A stretch of DNA of 64,000 nt. Origin: an uncultured Chloroflexia bacterium (lineage in GTDB: Bacteria; Chloroflexota; Limnocylindria; Limnocylindrales; CSP1-4). Made by a program: the position numbers and the translations under genes. Under the pieces are notes generated by a model. It made no database searches, was not told where the DNA came from, and saw nothing but the letters and a program-made list of their open reading frames with translations. Location: the NCBI GenBank assembly GCA_963813535.1, contig CAWEZH010000002.1:1888001-1952000 (forward strand). The letters are read 5' to 3'. Shown in pieces: positions 31,005 to 39,963 of the stretch; within the stretch, counting starts at the first letter, position 1; each line of letters starts with the position of its first letter.

Positions 31005-31348
31005 CGCTCGAACCGGAGGCGATGGCTCGCCTCCTCGAGATCACCGGGGACGATCAGGCCTTCGTCGATGAACTCATCGACACGTTCCTCGACGACGCGG
31101 CGACCCAGCTCGTGGCGCTCCGGGCGGCCGGCGAGGCCGACGACATCGCGGGGGTCGTCCGGCCCGCCCACTCCCTGAAGTCGAACAGCGTCAACGTCGG
31201 GGCGACGGTCCTCGCGGAGCTGTGTCGATCGCTGGAGGCGGACGCTCGCGCCGGCGCCGTGCCCGACATGCAGGCGCGGATCGCGGCCGCAGATGCGGAG
31301 TTCGCCGAAGTCAGGGATGCGTTGCTGGCGGAGCGCAGGGCGCGCTGA
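31001..31348 (+). CDS. Hpt (histidine phosphotransfer) domain protein
   Basis: ELIDTFLDD...RPAHSLKSNSVNVGA..LAELCRSLE. Confidence 0.9.
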   Translation: MTLEPEAMARLLEITGDDQAFVDELIDTFLDDAATQLVALRAAGEADDIAGVVRPAHSLKSNSVNVGATVLAELCRSLEADARAGAVPDMQARIAAADAEFAEVRDALLAERRAR

Positions 31349-31450
31349 GCGGCCCGGCGCGGGTCTCTGCCGGCTCCCCCTCTCGCTCTTCCCCCTGACA
31401 CGCCTCATCTTCGAGGCCGGGAGCGCTCCGCGGCGAGTAGGACGAACGTC

Positions 31451-32146
31451 CTATCCGTCGTCGGCCGAAGGTCCTGGTCGCCGTTCGGTCGCGACCTGCC
31501 GCAGCCGGCGCGCCACGTCGGGATGGCCGGCCGCCTCAGCCAGATCGGCCGGCGTGCCGCCCTCGGCCACGGCGACCGTCGGATCGGCGCCGGCGGACAG
31601 GAAGAGCTCGACCATCTCCACGTCGCCGTGCTGCGCGGCTTCATGGAGCGGCGTGTAGCCACCATGCTGGGTGGCATCGACGTCGGCGCCCGCCGCAAGC
31701 AGGACTCGACAGACCTCGAGGTGCCTGCCCGCGGCCGCCGCGTGGAGCGGCTGGTTCGCGAACGCATTGGTCGTGTAGGTGTCGACGGACGCGCCCGCGT
31801 CGAGCAGGATCTTGGCCACCTCGGGCTTGCCGAAGAAGGCCGCCAGGTGGAGCGCGGTGTAGCCGTCCGGGGACAGCCGCGAAACGGCTTCCGGGTCGTC
31901 GAGGATGGCCGAGCGGACGCGGTCGATGCGACCAAGGGCAGCAGCCTCGAAGAGGTCGAGATCCGGATCCGCCGCCAGGAGGGCATCCATGGTCGGCCGG
32001 TCGAAGCGGTAGCGGGCCAACAGCACGGCCGAGACACCATCGTCCCCGCGGGCCATCGCCAGGGACGGGTCCTCGGCGAGCAGGCCCTGGACCCGCTCCG
32101 TGTCACCGGCGGTCACGGCCGCGATCATGTCCGCCGGGCTGACCAT
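31451..32146 (-). CDS. Ankyrin repeat protein
   Basis: GYTALHLAAFFG, NQPLHAAAAG, GYTPLHEAAQHG repeats; TAGGCT 6 nt upstream of ATG. Confidence 0.92.
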   Translation of the reverse strand: MVSPADMIAAVTAGDTERVQGLLAEDPSLAMARGDDGVSAVLLARYRFDRPTMDALLAADPDLDLFEAAALGRIDRVRSAILDDPEAVSRLSPDGYTALHLAAFFGKPEVAKILLDAGASVDTYTTNAFANQPLHAAAAGRHLEVCRVLLAAGADVDATQHGGYTPLHEAAQHGDVEMVELFLSAGADPTVAVAEGGTPADLAEAAGHPDVARRLRQVATERRPGPSADDG

Positions 32147-32214
32147 GCGCGGAGCCTACCGCAGCGGCCACGGACCGCGGGTACGATGGCGGGCGAGAGG
32201 GAGGTTCAGCCAGG

Positions 32215-32982
32215 ATGCGACTCGCGGACAAGGTCACGATCATCACCGGCGGGGGCGGCGGGATGGGCCGCGTCGCGGCGCGGATGTTCGCGGAGCAGGG
32301 AGCCCGGGTCGTCGTCGCGGAGTACGGCGAAGACGCCGGGCGCGAGACCGTCGACCAGATCACGAGCGCGGGAGGCGACGCGACCTTCGTGCGAGCCGAC
32401 GTGTCGAACGAGACCGACGCGAAGGCGATGGTCGACCATGCGCTGTCGACCTTCGGGCGGCTCGATGTCCTCTACAACAATGCCGGGGTCATGCCCGAGG
32501 CCGACCATTCGGTGACCGACACGGCGGTCGATGTCTGGGACCAGGTCATGGCCGTCAACGTCCGCGGCGTGTTCCTCGGTTGCAAGTACGCCGTCCCTGC
32601 CATGGAGGCGGCCGGCGGCGGATCGATCATCAATATCGCCAGCTTCGTCGCGCTCGTCGGCTGCTCGGTCCCACAGGACGCGTACACCGCCTCGAAGGGC
32701 GCCGTCCTGAGTCTGACCCGCAGCCTGGCCGTCCAGTTCGGGCCGAAGGGCATCCGGACGAACGCGATCTGTCCGGGACCGGTCGAGACGCCGCTCTTGA
32801 TGGACTGGCTCGTCAAGGATGAGGAGGCCAAGCGCATCCGCCTGGCCCGCAACCCGTCGGGCCGCTTCGGCAAGCCCGAGGAGATCGTCAACATGGCCGT
32901 CTACCTCGCCTCGGACGAGTCGCGCTGGACGAATGGCGCGTCGCTCGTCGTGGACGGTGGGATCACGGTCAACTACTTCTGA
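32215..32982 (+). CDS. Short-chain dehydrogenase/reductase
   Basis: TGGGGGMG, NNAG, S..AYTASKG, CPGPVETP. Confidence 0.92.
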   Translation: MRLADKVTIITGGGGGMGRVAARMFAEQGARVVVAEYGEDAGRETVDQITSAGGDATFVRADVSNETDAKAMVDHALSTFGRLDVLYNNAGVMPEADHSVTDTAVDVWDQVMAVNVRGVFLGCKYAVPAMEAAGGGSIINIASFVALVGCSVPQDAYTASKGAVLSLTRSLAVQFGPKGIRTNAICPGPVETPLLMDWLVKDEEAKRIRLARNPSGRFGKPEEIVNMAVYLASDESRWTNGASLVVDGGITVNYF

Positions 32983-32992
32983 GGGACGGGCG

Positions 32993-33844
32993 ATGACTGA
33001 CGAACCGACCCCATCACAGCCCGCGTCGGGGCCGCTGGCCATCGGCGTCGACGTCGGCGGGAGCGGCATCAAGGCCGCCGTGGTCGACACTGGCACGGGC
33101 GAGTTGCGCTCCGAGCGACTGCGGGTCCCGACACCGAACCCGTCGACACCGGACAAGGTCGCCGCATCCATCGGCCGCCTCGTCCGCCGCCTGGCTGAGA
33201 CCGCCGATCTGCCGACGGACGCGCCGATCGGCGTCGGCCTGCCGGGCGTGGCCATCGACGGTCGCCTCATGACGGCCGCCAACATCGACCCTGCCTGGGT
33301 CGACTACCCGATCGCCGAGAAGCTGTCCAGGGCGCTCAAGCGGCGGGTCGAGATCGTCAACGATGCCGACGCGGCCGGCATCGCCGAGATGCGTCACGGC
33401 GTGGGTGCGGGCAGGCCCGGTACGGTCATCTTCCTGACCCTGGGAACCGGCGTGGGATCGGGCGTCTTCGTCGACGGGCACCTCGTCCCCAACACGGAGT
33501 TCGGCCAGATGGAGATCCGCGGCCGGCCGGCGGAACGTCGCTCGGCCTCGGCGGCGCGGCAACGGCGCGGCCTGTCGTGGAAAGCGTGGGCGCAGGACCT
33601 CGACGAGCACCTGCAGCGGATCGAGGACCTGATGTGGCCCAACCTGTTCATCCTCGGCGGTGGGGTCAGCAAGAACGCCGACAAGTTCGTGCCGAAGCTC
33701 ACGCTTCGCACACCGGTCGTTCCGGCGCAACTCCGCAACGATGCCGGGATCGTCGGATCGGCGATCGTCGCGGTCGAGGGGCTGTGGGATGCGAAGTCGA
33801 CCTGGGACGACCTGCCAGAAGACTCGGCGGCGGCGTCGGCCTAG
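32993..33844 (+). CDS. ppgK: Polyphosphate glucokinase (ROK family)
   Basis: GVDVGGSGIKAAVVD, TPNPSTP, TAANID, NDADAAGIAE, TLGTGVGS, PNTEFG, ILGGGVSK. Confidence 0.85.
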   Translation: MTDEPTPSQPASGPLAIGVDVGGSGIKAAVVDTGTGELRSERLRVPTPNPSTPDKVAASIGRLVRRLAETADLPTDAPIGVGLPGVAIDGRLMTAANIDPAWVDYPIAEKLSRALKRRVEIVNDADAAGIAEMRHGVGAGRPGTVIFLTLGTGVGSGVFVDGHLVPNTEFGQMEIRGRPAERRSASAARQRRGLSWKAWAQDLDEHLQRIEDLMWPNLFILGGGVSKNADKFVPKLTLRTPVVPAQLRNDAGIVGSAIVAVEGLWDAKSTWDDLPEDSAAASA

Positions 33845-33910
33845 GGAGGTCCGGGCGTATCATCGGGGCCCATTCCCGCCCCTCCGGCAGCGCACCCTGA
33901 GGTCCCGCTC

Positions 33911-35401
33911 ATGACGACCGAATCCACGGCTCCGGCCGCACGCACCGAGGCGCCCACCGCGACGCGGATGATGATCGGTGGCGAGTCCGTCGAGGCGGCC
34001 GACGGTCAGACCTTCGACCTCGTCGATCCCGCCACGGGCACGACGATCGCCACCGCGCCGCTCGGCGGGCGCGCCGACGTCGACCGCGCGGTCGAGGCTG
34101 CCCAGACCGCCTTCGAGGAGCGCAAGGGCTGGGCGAACTGGGCCGCCGGCAAGCGTGGCCGGTCCCTTGCCAAGCTGGCCGACCTGCTCAAGAAGAACAG
34201 CGAGGAGCTGGCCTGGCTCGAGAGCCGCAACGGTGGCAAGCCGATCACCTCGGCGCGGGGCGAGATCATCGGGGCGAGCCTGGTCTTCGACTACTACGCG
34301 GGCGCGGCGAACAAGGTCTATGGCCAGACGATCCCGGTCTCGAAGCCGGGCATCGACATGACCCTCCGCGAGCCGATCGGCGTCGTGGGCCTGATCGTGC
34401 CGTGGAACTTCCCGCTGTTGATGGCCGCCTGGAAGGTCGCGCCGGCGCTGGCGGCCGGCAACACCGCGATCCTCAAGCCCGCGTCGTACACCCCGCTGAC
34501 GGCGATCCGCCTGGGCGAACTTGCACTCGAGGCGGGCATCCCGGCCGGCGTGCTCAACGTGGTGACCGGACCGGGCGGCACGGTGGGCGCGTCGATCGCC
34601 GGCCATCCAGACATCGGCAAGGTGGCATTCACGGGCGAAACGACGACGGGCCAGGAGATCATGCGACTGGCATCGGGCAACGTGAAGAAGATCTCGCTCG
34701 AGCTCGGCGGCAAGAGCCCCAATATCGTCTTCGCCGATGCGGACCTCGAGCGGTTCGCCAAGGAATCGCCCTACAGCGTCTTCGACAACTGCGGCCAGGA
34801 CTGCTGCGCTCGAAGCCGGATCCTGGTCGAGCGGTCGGTGCATGAGCGAGTCGTCGAGCTGTTCGCCGACGCCACACGCAACGTGAAGGTCGGCGACCCG
34901 GCCGACGACGCGACCGAGGTCGGGCCGCTGGTCAGCGCCAAGCAGCGCGACCGCGTGAAGGACTACATCGAGATCGGGCTGGGCGAGGGCGCGACGCTCG
35001 TCGTCGGCGGCGCGGCGCCCGACGATCCGACCCTGGCCGGCGGGGCGTATCTCCTACCGACGGTGTTCGACGGCGTAAGCAACGACATGCGCATCGCCCG
35101 CGAGGAGATCTTCGGTCCTGTCGTGTCGGTCATCCCGTTCGAGACCGAGGACGAGGCGCTCAGGCTGGCCAACGCGACGCCGTACGGCCTGTCCGGATCG
35201 ATCTGGAGCCGCGACATCGGCAAGGCGATGCGGGCCGCGAAGGCGCTGCAGTCGGGGGTCATCAGCATCAACTCGAACAGCTCGGTCCATACCGAGGCCC
35301 CGTTCGGCGGCTACAAGATGTCGGGCATCGGACGCGAGCTGGGGATGGCCGCCCTTGACCTCTACACGGAGACGAAGAACGTCTTCATCGACATCAGCTG
35401 A
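33911..35401 (+). CDS. Aldehyde dehydrogenase (gamma-glutamyl-aminoaldehyde dehydrogenase-like)
   Basis: PWNFP, KPA, FTG, LELGGKSP, GQDCCARSR, EEIFGP, PFGGYKMSG. Confidence 0.92.
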   Translation: MTTESTAPAARTEAPTATRMMIGGESVEAADGQTFDLVDPATGTTIATAPLGGRADVDRAVEAAQTAFEERKGWANWAAGKRGRSLAKLADLLKKNSEELAWLESRNGGKPITSARGEIIGASLVFDYYAGAANKVYGQTIPVSKPGIDMTLREPIGVVGLIVPWNFPLLMAAWKVAPALAAGNTAILKPASYTPLTAIRLGELALEAGIPAGVLNVVTGPGGTVGASIAGHPDIGKVAFTGETTTGQEIMRLASGNVKKISLELGGKSPNIVFADADLERFAKESPYSVFDNCGQDCCARSRILVERSVHERVVELFADATRNVKVGDPADDATEVGPLVSAKQRDRVKDYIEIGLGEGATLVVGGAAPDDPTLAGGAYLLPTVFDGVSNDMRIAREEIFGPVVSVIPFETEDEALRLANATPYGLSGSIWSRDIGKAMRAAKALQSGVISINSNSSVHTEAPFGGYKMSGIGRELGMAALDLYTETKNVFIDIS

Positions 35402-35440
35402 GTCTGGGCCTCCCGATCGAGCGCGGCAGATCGCCGCTCA

Positions 35441-35538
35441 GGCGCGCTCAGCGCAAGGCGGCGACGAGGACGCGAACGAGCGCACGTTCAGTGCGTGAGC
35501 GAGCGGCCGCAGGAGCCAACGCGGCGATGAGCCGCATC
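35441..35538. repeat. Putative dispersed imperfect-palindromic element
   Basis: Outer GCTCA/TGAGC, inner GCGCAC-GTTCA-GTGCGT, bounded by GCAAGGCG...CAACGC; only one copy seen in the window. Confidence 0.4.
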
Positions 35539-36189
35539 AGCGAGCGAGATGCAAGCGAGCATCGGGGGGACCGGACTCCAACCTCGTTCCACGGTCGGCT
35601 GGACCCGTCCGGGCGGGGTCGACGCGGGCGCGGCGCGATCGCCCTCGTCGGCTGGGTCGTGGGTCTCGGGGCGGTGATCGCCCTCGCCACACAGGGCGGT
35701 GCAACTCCGGAGCGGGCGGCTCCGTCCGCTGCGGCGGTCGTGACCTCGTCGTCGAGCGCTCCGGTGGGGCGGCGTCAGCTCGCGCTCGATCAGCCGGCGA
35801 GACGCGGCGATGTCGTGACGACCCGCGAGCTGATCGTGCGTGGCCGGGTCGCCCGAGCTGCCGGCGAGGTCCGGATCATGCTCGAATCGAGGGGCGGCAA
35901 GCCCGTCGCGACGGCTGCCATCGATCCCATCGGGTACGGACACGGCGACTGGATCCCGTTCGAGAGCCGGTTCCGGCTGGAGATGCCCCGACCTGCGGGC
36001 GACATGACCCTGTTCATCGTCGCCGTCGACGGCGCCGGCATCCCCATCGACGCGGTCCGTCGCCGCTTCACGATCGGGGCGATCATCGACATCTCCGCCG
36101 TCTCCGGCGGCCGACGCTCACGCTCCAACGGCGAGGACGGGCTCATGGGCGGGATCCCGTTCGGGACGAACGTGCTGCCCGGCACCTGA
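35527..36189 (+). CDS. Single-pass membrane protein with Ig-like (Gmad2-like) domain
   Basis: TM AIALVGWVVGLGAVIALAT, Ala/Ser linker, beta-rich domain LIVRGRV..VRIMLE..PFESRFRL; start uncertain. Confidence 0.55.
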   Translation: MSRISERDASEHRGDRTPTSFHGRLDPSGRGRRGRGAIALVGWVVGLGAVIALATQGGATPERAAPSAAAVVTSSSSAPVGRRQLALDQPARRGDVVTTRELIVRGRVARAAGEVRIMLESRGGKPVATAAIDPIGYGHGDWIPFESRFRLEMPRPAGDMTLFIVAVDGAGIPIDAVRRRFTIGAIIDISAVSGGRRSRSNGEDGLMGGIPFGTNVLPGT

Positions 36190-36192
36190 CGG

Positions 36193-36807
36193 TCAGGAGC
36201 CGAGGTCGCCCTCGGGCCACGTGAGGTCGGGTCGCCGTCGCTCGATCCAGTCGCGGAGCATCCACATCGTCGTCCGGAACGCCAACCCGGACCAGGGGAT
36301 GTCCTCGGGCGCGAACGTCGCGATCTCGAGCGCCTCGGGCGTCGGCATCGCGGTCCCGCCGACTACCCGGGACTCGAACGCGATCGTCACGACGGCCGCC
36401 TCGAGGCGCGTGTACAGGCCGATGATCTCGCCCGGTTCGATGATCAGCCCGGTCTCCTCGAGCGTCTCGCGGATGGCGGCCTGGTGGACGGTCTCGTCGA
36501 CCTCGAGGAAGCCGCCGGGCTGGGCCCATGCCCCGCGGCCGGGTTCGATGCCGCGCCGGAGGAGGACCAGCTCGCCGTCCTCGGTGACCGGCAGCGTGGT
36601 CACCACGAGCCGCGGGTTGACGTAGGCGATGTGGCCGCACGAAGGACACGACAGGCGGTCGCGATCCTCACCCTCGATCGAGCCGAAACGGAGAGCCGAG
36701 CCGCAGCTCGAGCAGAAGTTGAGCGTCCGCGCGATCCAGTCCGGGACGCCTCGCCCTGGGGCGAGATCGGTCGAGCGCCCGTCAGGCCCGAGGTCGAACG
36801 CGTCCAC
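36193..36807 (-). CDS. NUDIX hydrolase with N-terminal zinc ribbon
   Basis: FCSSCG...CPSCGHIAYVNP; Nudix box GGFLEVDETVHQAAIRETLEETGL. Confidence 0.92.
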   Translation of the reverse strand: MDAFDLGPDGRSTDLAPGRGVPDWIARTLNFCSSCGSALRFGSIEGEDRDRLSCPSCGHIAYVNPRLVVTTLPVTEDGELVLLRRGIEPGRGAWAQPGGFLEVDETVHQAAIRETLEETGLIIEPGEIIGLYTRLEAAVVTIAFESRVVGGTAMPTPEALEIATFAPEDIPWSGLAFRTTMWMLRDWIERRRPDLTWPEGDLGS

Positions 36808-36809
36808 GC

Positions 36810-37235
36810 CTAGGCGAGCAGCACGACGACGGCCGCGCCGATCAGCAGCATCAACCCGATCAGGCTGACCGCGACCCACGCCAGTCGGAACCAGCCCTTG
36901 CCGCGATCCACCGGCATCCACGCCCAGGCCGAACGCCAGATGCGGACGATCGCGTCGGCCGTGGTGATCACGAGGAGCGGGGCGGCGATGATGACGCACA
37001 GCTTGACCAACGGATCGCCGAGGCTGGCGCCGAGATTGAGCGCGGTGATGGCGACGGCGCCGCAGATCAGGACCGGCACAGACAGGTTGATGTAGTGCTT
37101 CTGCAGCGGCGTCGGGGCCACCTCCGGTACGGACCGCGGGGGCAGACCCACGAGGCTCGGAGGCAGGGTGGACGGCTGGACTGGTTGGCGATCGAGCACC
37201 GGCATGCCCGGCTCCCAGCGTTCGTCGTCTGTCAC
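36810..37235 (-). CDS. Hypothetical membrane protein (3 TM)
   Basis: GTG 37235 with TACACT 6 nt upstream; Pro-rich N-terminus and three hydrophobic segments. Confidence 0.7.
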   Translation of the reverse strand: MTDDERWEPGMPVLDRQPVQPSTLPPSLVGLPPRSVPEVAPTPLQKHYINLSVPVLICGAVAITALNLGASLGDPLVKLCVIIAAPLLVITTADAIVRIWRSAWAWMPVDRGKGWFRLAWVAVSLIGLMLLIGAAVVVLLA

Positions 37236-37266
37236 GGTTCGAGTGTAGTCGGGGTCGCGGTCTCCC

Positions 37267-37704
37267 TTAGAGGATCCGCTCGTCGCGGGCGTCCGATGCG
37301 TCGACGATCGTCGTGCAGGTCGGACAGAAGTAGCGAGCCTCGAGTGGCGTCCCGCAGACGCCATGCCGCAGCGGCTCGACGTCGTTCGAGCGGCGGGCAC
37401 CCCAGTCCGCGAGCAGGCGCAACGCCGATGCGAGGGCGCGACCGTCGGCGGTGAGCTCGTATGCGTACCGCGTCGGACGCTCCTGGTAAGGGCTTGACCT
37501 GAGGATGCCTGCCCGCTCGAGTCGGCGCAGGCGGTCGGTGAGGATGTTCGGCGCGATCCCTGGCAGTGCCTCGCCGAGGTCACCGAACCGGCGAGACCCG
37601 TCGAGCAGCGCTTCGACCAGCAGGAGGCTCCATCTGTCACCGACCCGGTCGAGGGCGGCCTCGAGCGGCAGCGGGCGACGATCGGTGGACGTGGTGTCGG
37701 TCAT
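37267..37704 (-). CDS. HxlR family transcriptional regulator
   Basis: ALDRVGDRWSLLLV...RRFGDL...ILTDRLRRLE...YELTADG; C-terminal HxxCG...CPTC. Confidence 0.9.
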   Translation of the reverse strand: MTDTTSTDRRPLPLEAALDRVGDRWSLLLVEALLDGSRRFGDLGEALPGIAPNILTDRLRRLERAGILRSSPYQERPTRYAYELTADGRALASALRLLADWGARRSNDVEPLRHGVCGTPLEARYFCPTCTTIVDASDARDERIL

Positions 37705-37753
37705 GGTCGGTCGATGGTAGCCGGTGGGAGGACTTGTCAGACGGACGTGTCGG

Positions 37754-37773
37754 TAGTAACTTGCAAGTCACTA
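37754..37773. promoter_or_regulatory. Inverted repeat, probable HxlR operator
   Basis: TAGTAACTT-GC-AAGTCACTA (one mismatch), an AT-rich island between divergent hxlR and protease genes. Confidence 0.65.
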
Positions 37774-37810
37774 GCGACACCCCTCTCTCACCCGGCAAGG
37801 AGCACATCAT

Positions 37811-38716
37811 ATGGGCAGCATCGAAGAGCTCGGCACGTCGATCGCCGCGGTCGCCGACCGCGTCGGACCGTCGATCGTGGGGGTCGGTCGGGACGGCCGC
37901 GGGTCCGGCGTCGTCGTCGCCGACGGCCAGGTCCTGACCAACGCGCACAACCTTCGTGGTCGTGAGGTCACCGTCACGTTCAGCGACGGGCGCTCGACCC
38001 GTGGTGAGGTCCGCGGCGTCGACCCGGATGGCGACCTTGCAGTCATCGCGGTCGACACGGCCGGATCCACGGCCATCGCCTGGGGTTCCGGGGATGGGGC
38101 GTCGATCGGCGACCCTGTGTTCGGCGCGGCGGCGACCTACGGCGGCGGCACACGCGTCACGGTCGGCTTCGTGTCGTCGGTCGCGCGTTCGTTCCGCGGA
38201 CCGGGTGGCCGGCGCATCTCCGGAAGTATCGAGCACACCGCTCCGCTGGCACCGGGCTCGTCTGGCGGGGCGCTGGTCGACGCCGAGGGCAAGCTGGTCG
38301 GTCTCAACACGAACCGGATCGGCGAGGGGTTCTACCTGGCCTTGCCGGCCGAAGCAGGTCTGCAGGCCCGCATCGAGGCGCTGGGCAAGGGCGAATCGGT
38401 CGAGCGGCCGCGGCTCGGTGTCGCGATCGCGCCGAACCACGTCGCGCGCCGCCTGCGCCGTTCGGTGGGGCTGCCGGAGCGTGACGGGATCCTGGTCCGG
38501 GGCGTCGAGGACGGCAGTGCCGCCGCCTCGGCGGGTGTCGAGGTCGGCGACCTGATCGTTTCGGCCGGCGGCCGGCCGATCGCCGACGCGGATGATCTGC
38601 AGGACGCGCTCGGGAGCCTTGATCTGCCGTACGACCTGGTCGTCGTGCGGGGCGCGGACGAGATGACCCTGAAGGTCACCGCTGCCAAGCAGGAGCGCAC
38701 ACCGGGCGACGCATGA
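37811..38716 (+). CDS. HtrA-like S1C serine protease with PDZ domain, no signal peptide
   Basis: GSGVV, LTNAH, DLAV, PGSSGG catalytic triad; PDZ RLGVAI...GDLIVS. Confidence 0.9.
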   Translation: MGSIEELGTSIAAVADRVGPSIVGVGRDGRGSGVVVADGQVLTNAHNLRGREVTVTFSDGRSTRGEVRGVDPDGDLAVIAVDTAGSTAIAWGSGDGASIGDPVFGAAATYGGGTRVTVGFVSSVARSFRGPGGRRISGSIEHTAPLAPGSSGGALVDAEGKLVGLNTNRIGEGFYLALPAEAGLQARIEALGKGESVERPRLGVAIAPNHVARRLRRSVGLPERDGILVRGVEDGSAAASAGVEVGDLIVSAGGRPIADADDLQDALGSLDLPYDLVVVRGADEMTLKVTAAKQERTPGDA

Positions 38717-38777
38717 CCGGGGCGACCTGTCACCAGGAAGGGCTGAGCACTCGCCCCTGAACCGCTAGCATCCGCGC

Positions 38778-39461
38778 GTGGATCGGATCCTCGCCTGGTA
38801 CCGGCTGGGCTCGTCGCTCGGAGCGGTCATCGCCCTCGTCGCCGCGAACCTCATCCCGCTGCTCGGCGTGCTGTTCCTCGACTGGAGTGTCTGGAACATC
38901 CTGGTCATCTACTGGCTGGAGAACGGCATCGTCGGGTTCATCAACGTCCTGAAGATGATGGCCGCGACCGGCGAGGACGCCGGGCCAGGACCGGCGATCA
39001 CCGTCAACGGTCAGCCGGCGACCGCGATGTCGAAGCCGGCGCTCGTCCCGTTCTTCGTCGTCCACTACGGGATCTTCTGGTTCGTGCATGGCATCTTCGT
39101 GCTCACGCTACCGGTGTTCCTGATGTTCGGTTCGGGAACGACGAGCATGGATCTCGACCCGGGGGCGGTGCTCGTCGCGGCGATCGCGCTTGCGATCAGT
39201 CACGGGCTGTCGTTCCTGTGGAACTTCCTGCACGGCGGCGAGTACCGGCGCGTGACGGCGGCCGGCCTGATGTTCGCGCCCTATCGGCGGCTGATCGCCC
39301 TGCACCTGACGATCATCTTCGGCGCCCTGGCGGTGATGCTCACCGGCGCACCCACGGCCGTCGTCGCGATCCTGGTCGCGGTCAAGACGCTGCTCGACCT
39401 CGGCTTGCACCTCGCGGAGCACCGAGGCGTCGGTCAGCCGAGCATCGCCCTCACGAACTGA
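38778..39461 (+). CDS. Membrane protein, DUF6498-like
   Basis: [14 protein letters not shown]...YWLEN...FFVVHYG.F..VHG...[15 protein letters not shown]. Confidence 0.75.
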   Translation: MDRILAWYRLGSSLGAVIALVAANLIPLLGVLFLDWSVWNILVIYWLENGIVGFINVLKMMAATGEDAGPGPAITVNGQPATAMSKPALVPFFVVHYGIFWFVHGIFVLTLPVFLMFGSGTTSMDLDPGAVLVAAIALAISHGLSFLWNFLHGGEYRRVTAAGLMFAPYRRLIALHLTIIFGALAVMLTGAPTAVVAILVAVKTLLDLGLHLAEHRGVGQPSIALTN

Positions 39462-39963
39462 GATCGTCTCCCGCGTTCGACGGGTCGTCCATCACCGACG
39501 CGGTCATACGCGAGCGCCACTCGGCGAGGCGCGCCGCGAGCCCCTCGTCGGCGAGGGCCAGGATCGACGCGGCCAGAAGCCCTGCGTTGACGGCGTTCCC
39601 GATCGCCACGGTCGCGACCGGGATCCCGCGGGGCATCTGGACGATCGACAGCAATGAGTCCATCCCACCCAGGTGCTGGGTGGGGATCGGCACACCGATG
39701 ACCGGCAGCGTCGTCTTGGCCGCGAGCATGCCGGGCAGGTGCGCCGCCCCACCAGCCCCGGCGATGATCACCCGGATCCCGCGACCGGCGGCCTCCTCGG
39801 CATAGCGGAAGAGATGGTCCGGTGTCCGGTGCGCGGAGACGACCCGGAGCTCCGCCGGCACGCCGAGCGCGCGAAGGGTCTCGACCGCCTCCTCGAGCAC
39901 GGGAAAATCCGATCGGCTCCCACCGACCACACCGACCACGGGGCTCGGCGCGTCGGCGCTCAC
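39451..39963 (-). CDS. purE: N5-CAIR mutase
   Basis: [48 protein letters not shown]. Confidence 0.96.
   Translation of the reverse strand: MSADAPSPVVGVVGGSRSDFPVLEEAVETLRALGVPAELRVVSAHRTPDHLFRYAEEAAGRGIRVIIAGAGGAAHLPGMLAAKTTLPVIGVPIPTQHLGGMDSLLSIVQMPRGIPVATVAIGNAVNAGLLAASILALADEGLAARLAEWRSRMTASVMDDPSNAGDDLSS

Noticed and set aside
31438-31453. LexA/SOS box
   Set aside because: GGAC-N4-GTCC deviates from GAAC-N4-GTTC and is not upstream of a gene.
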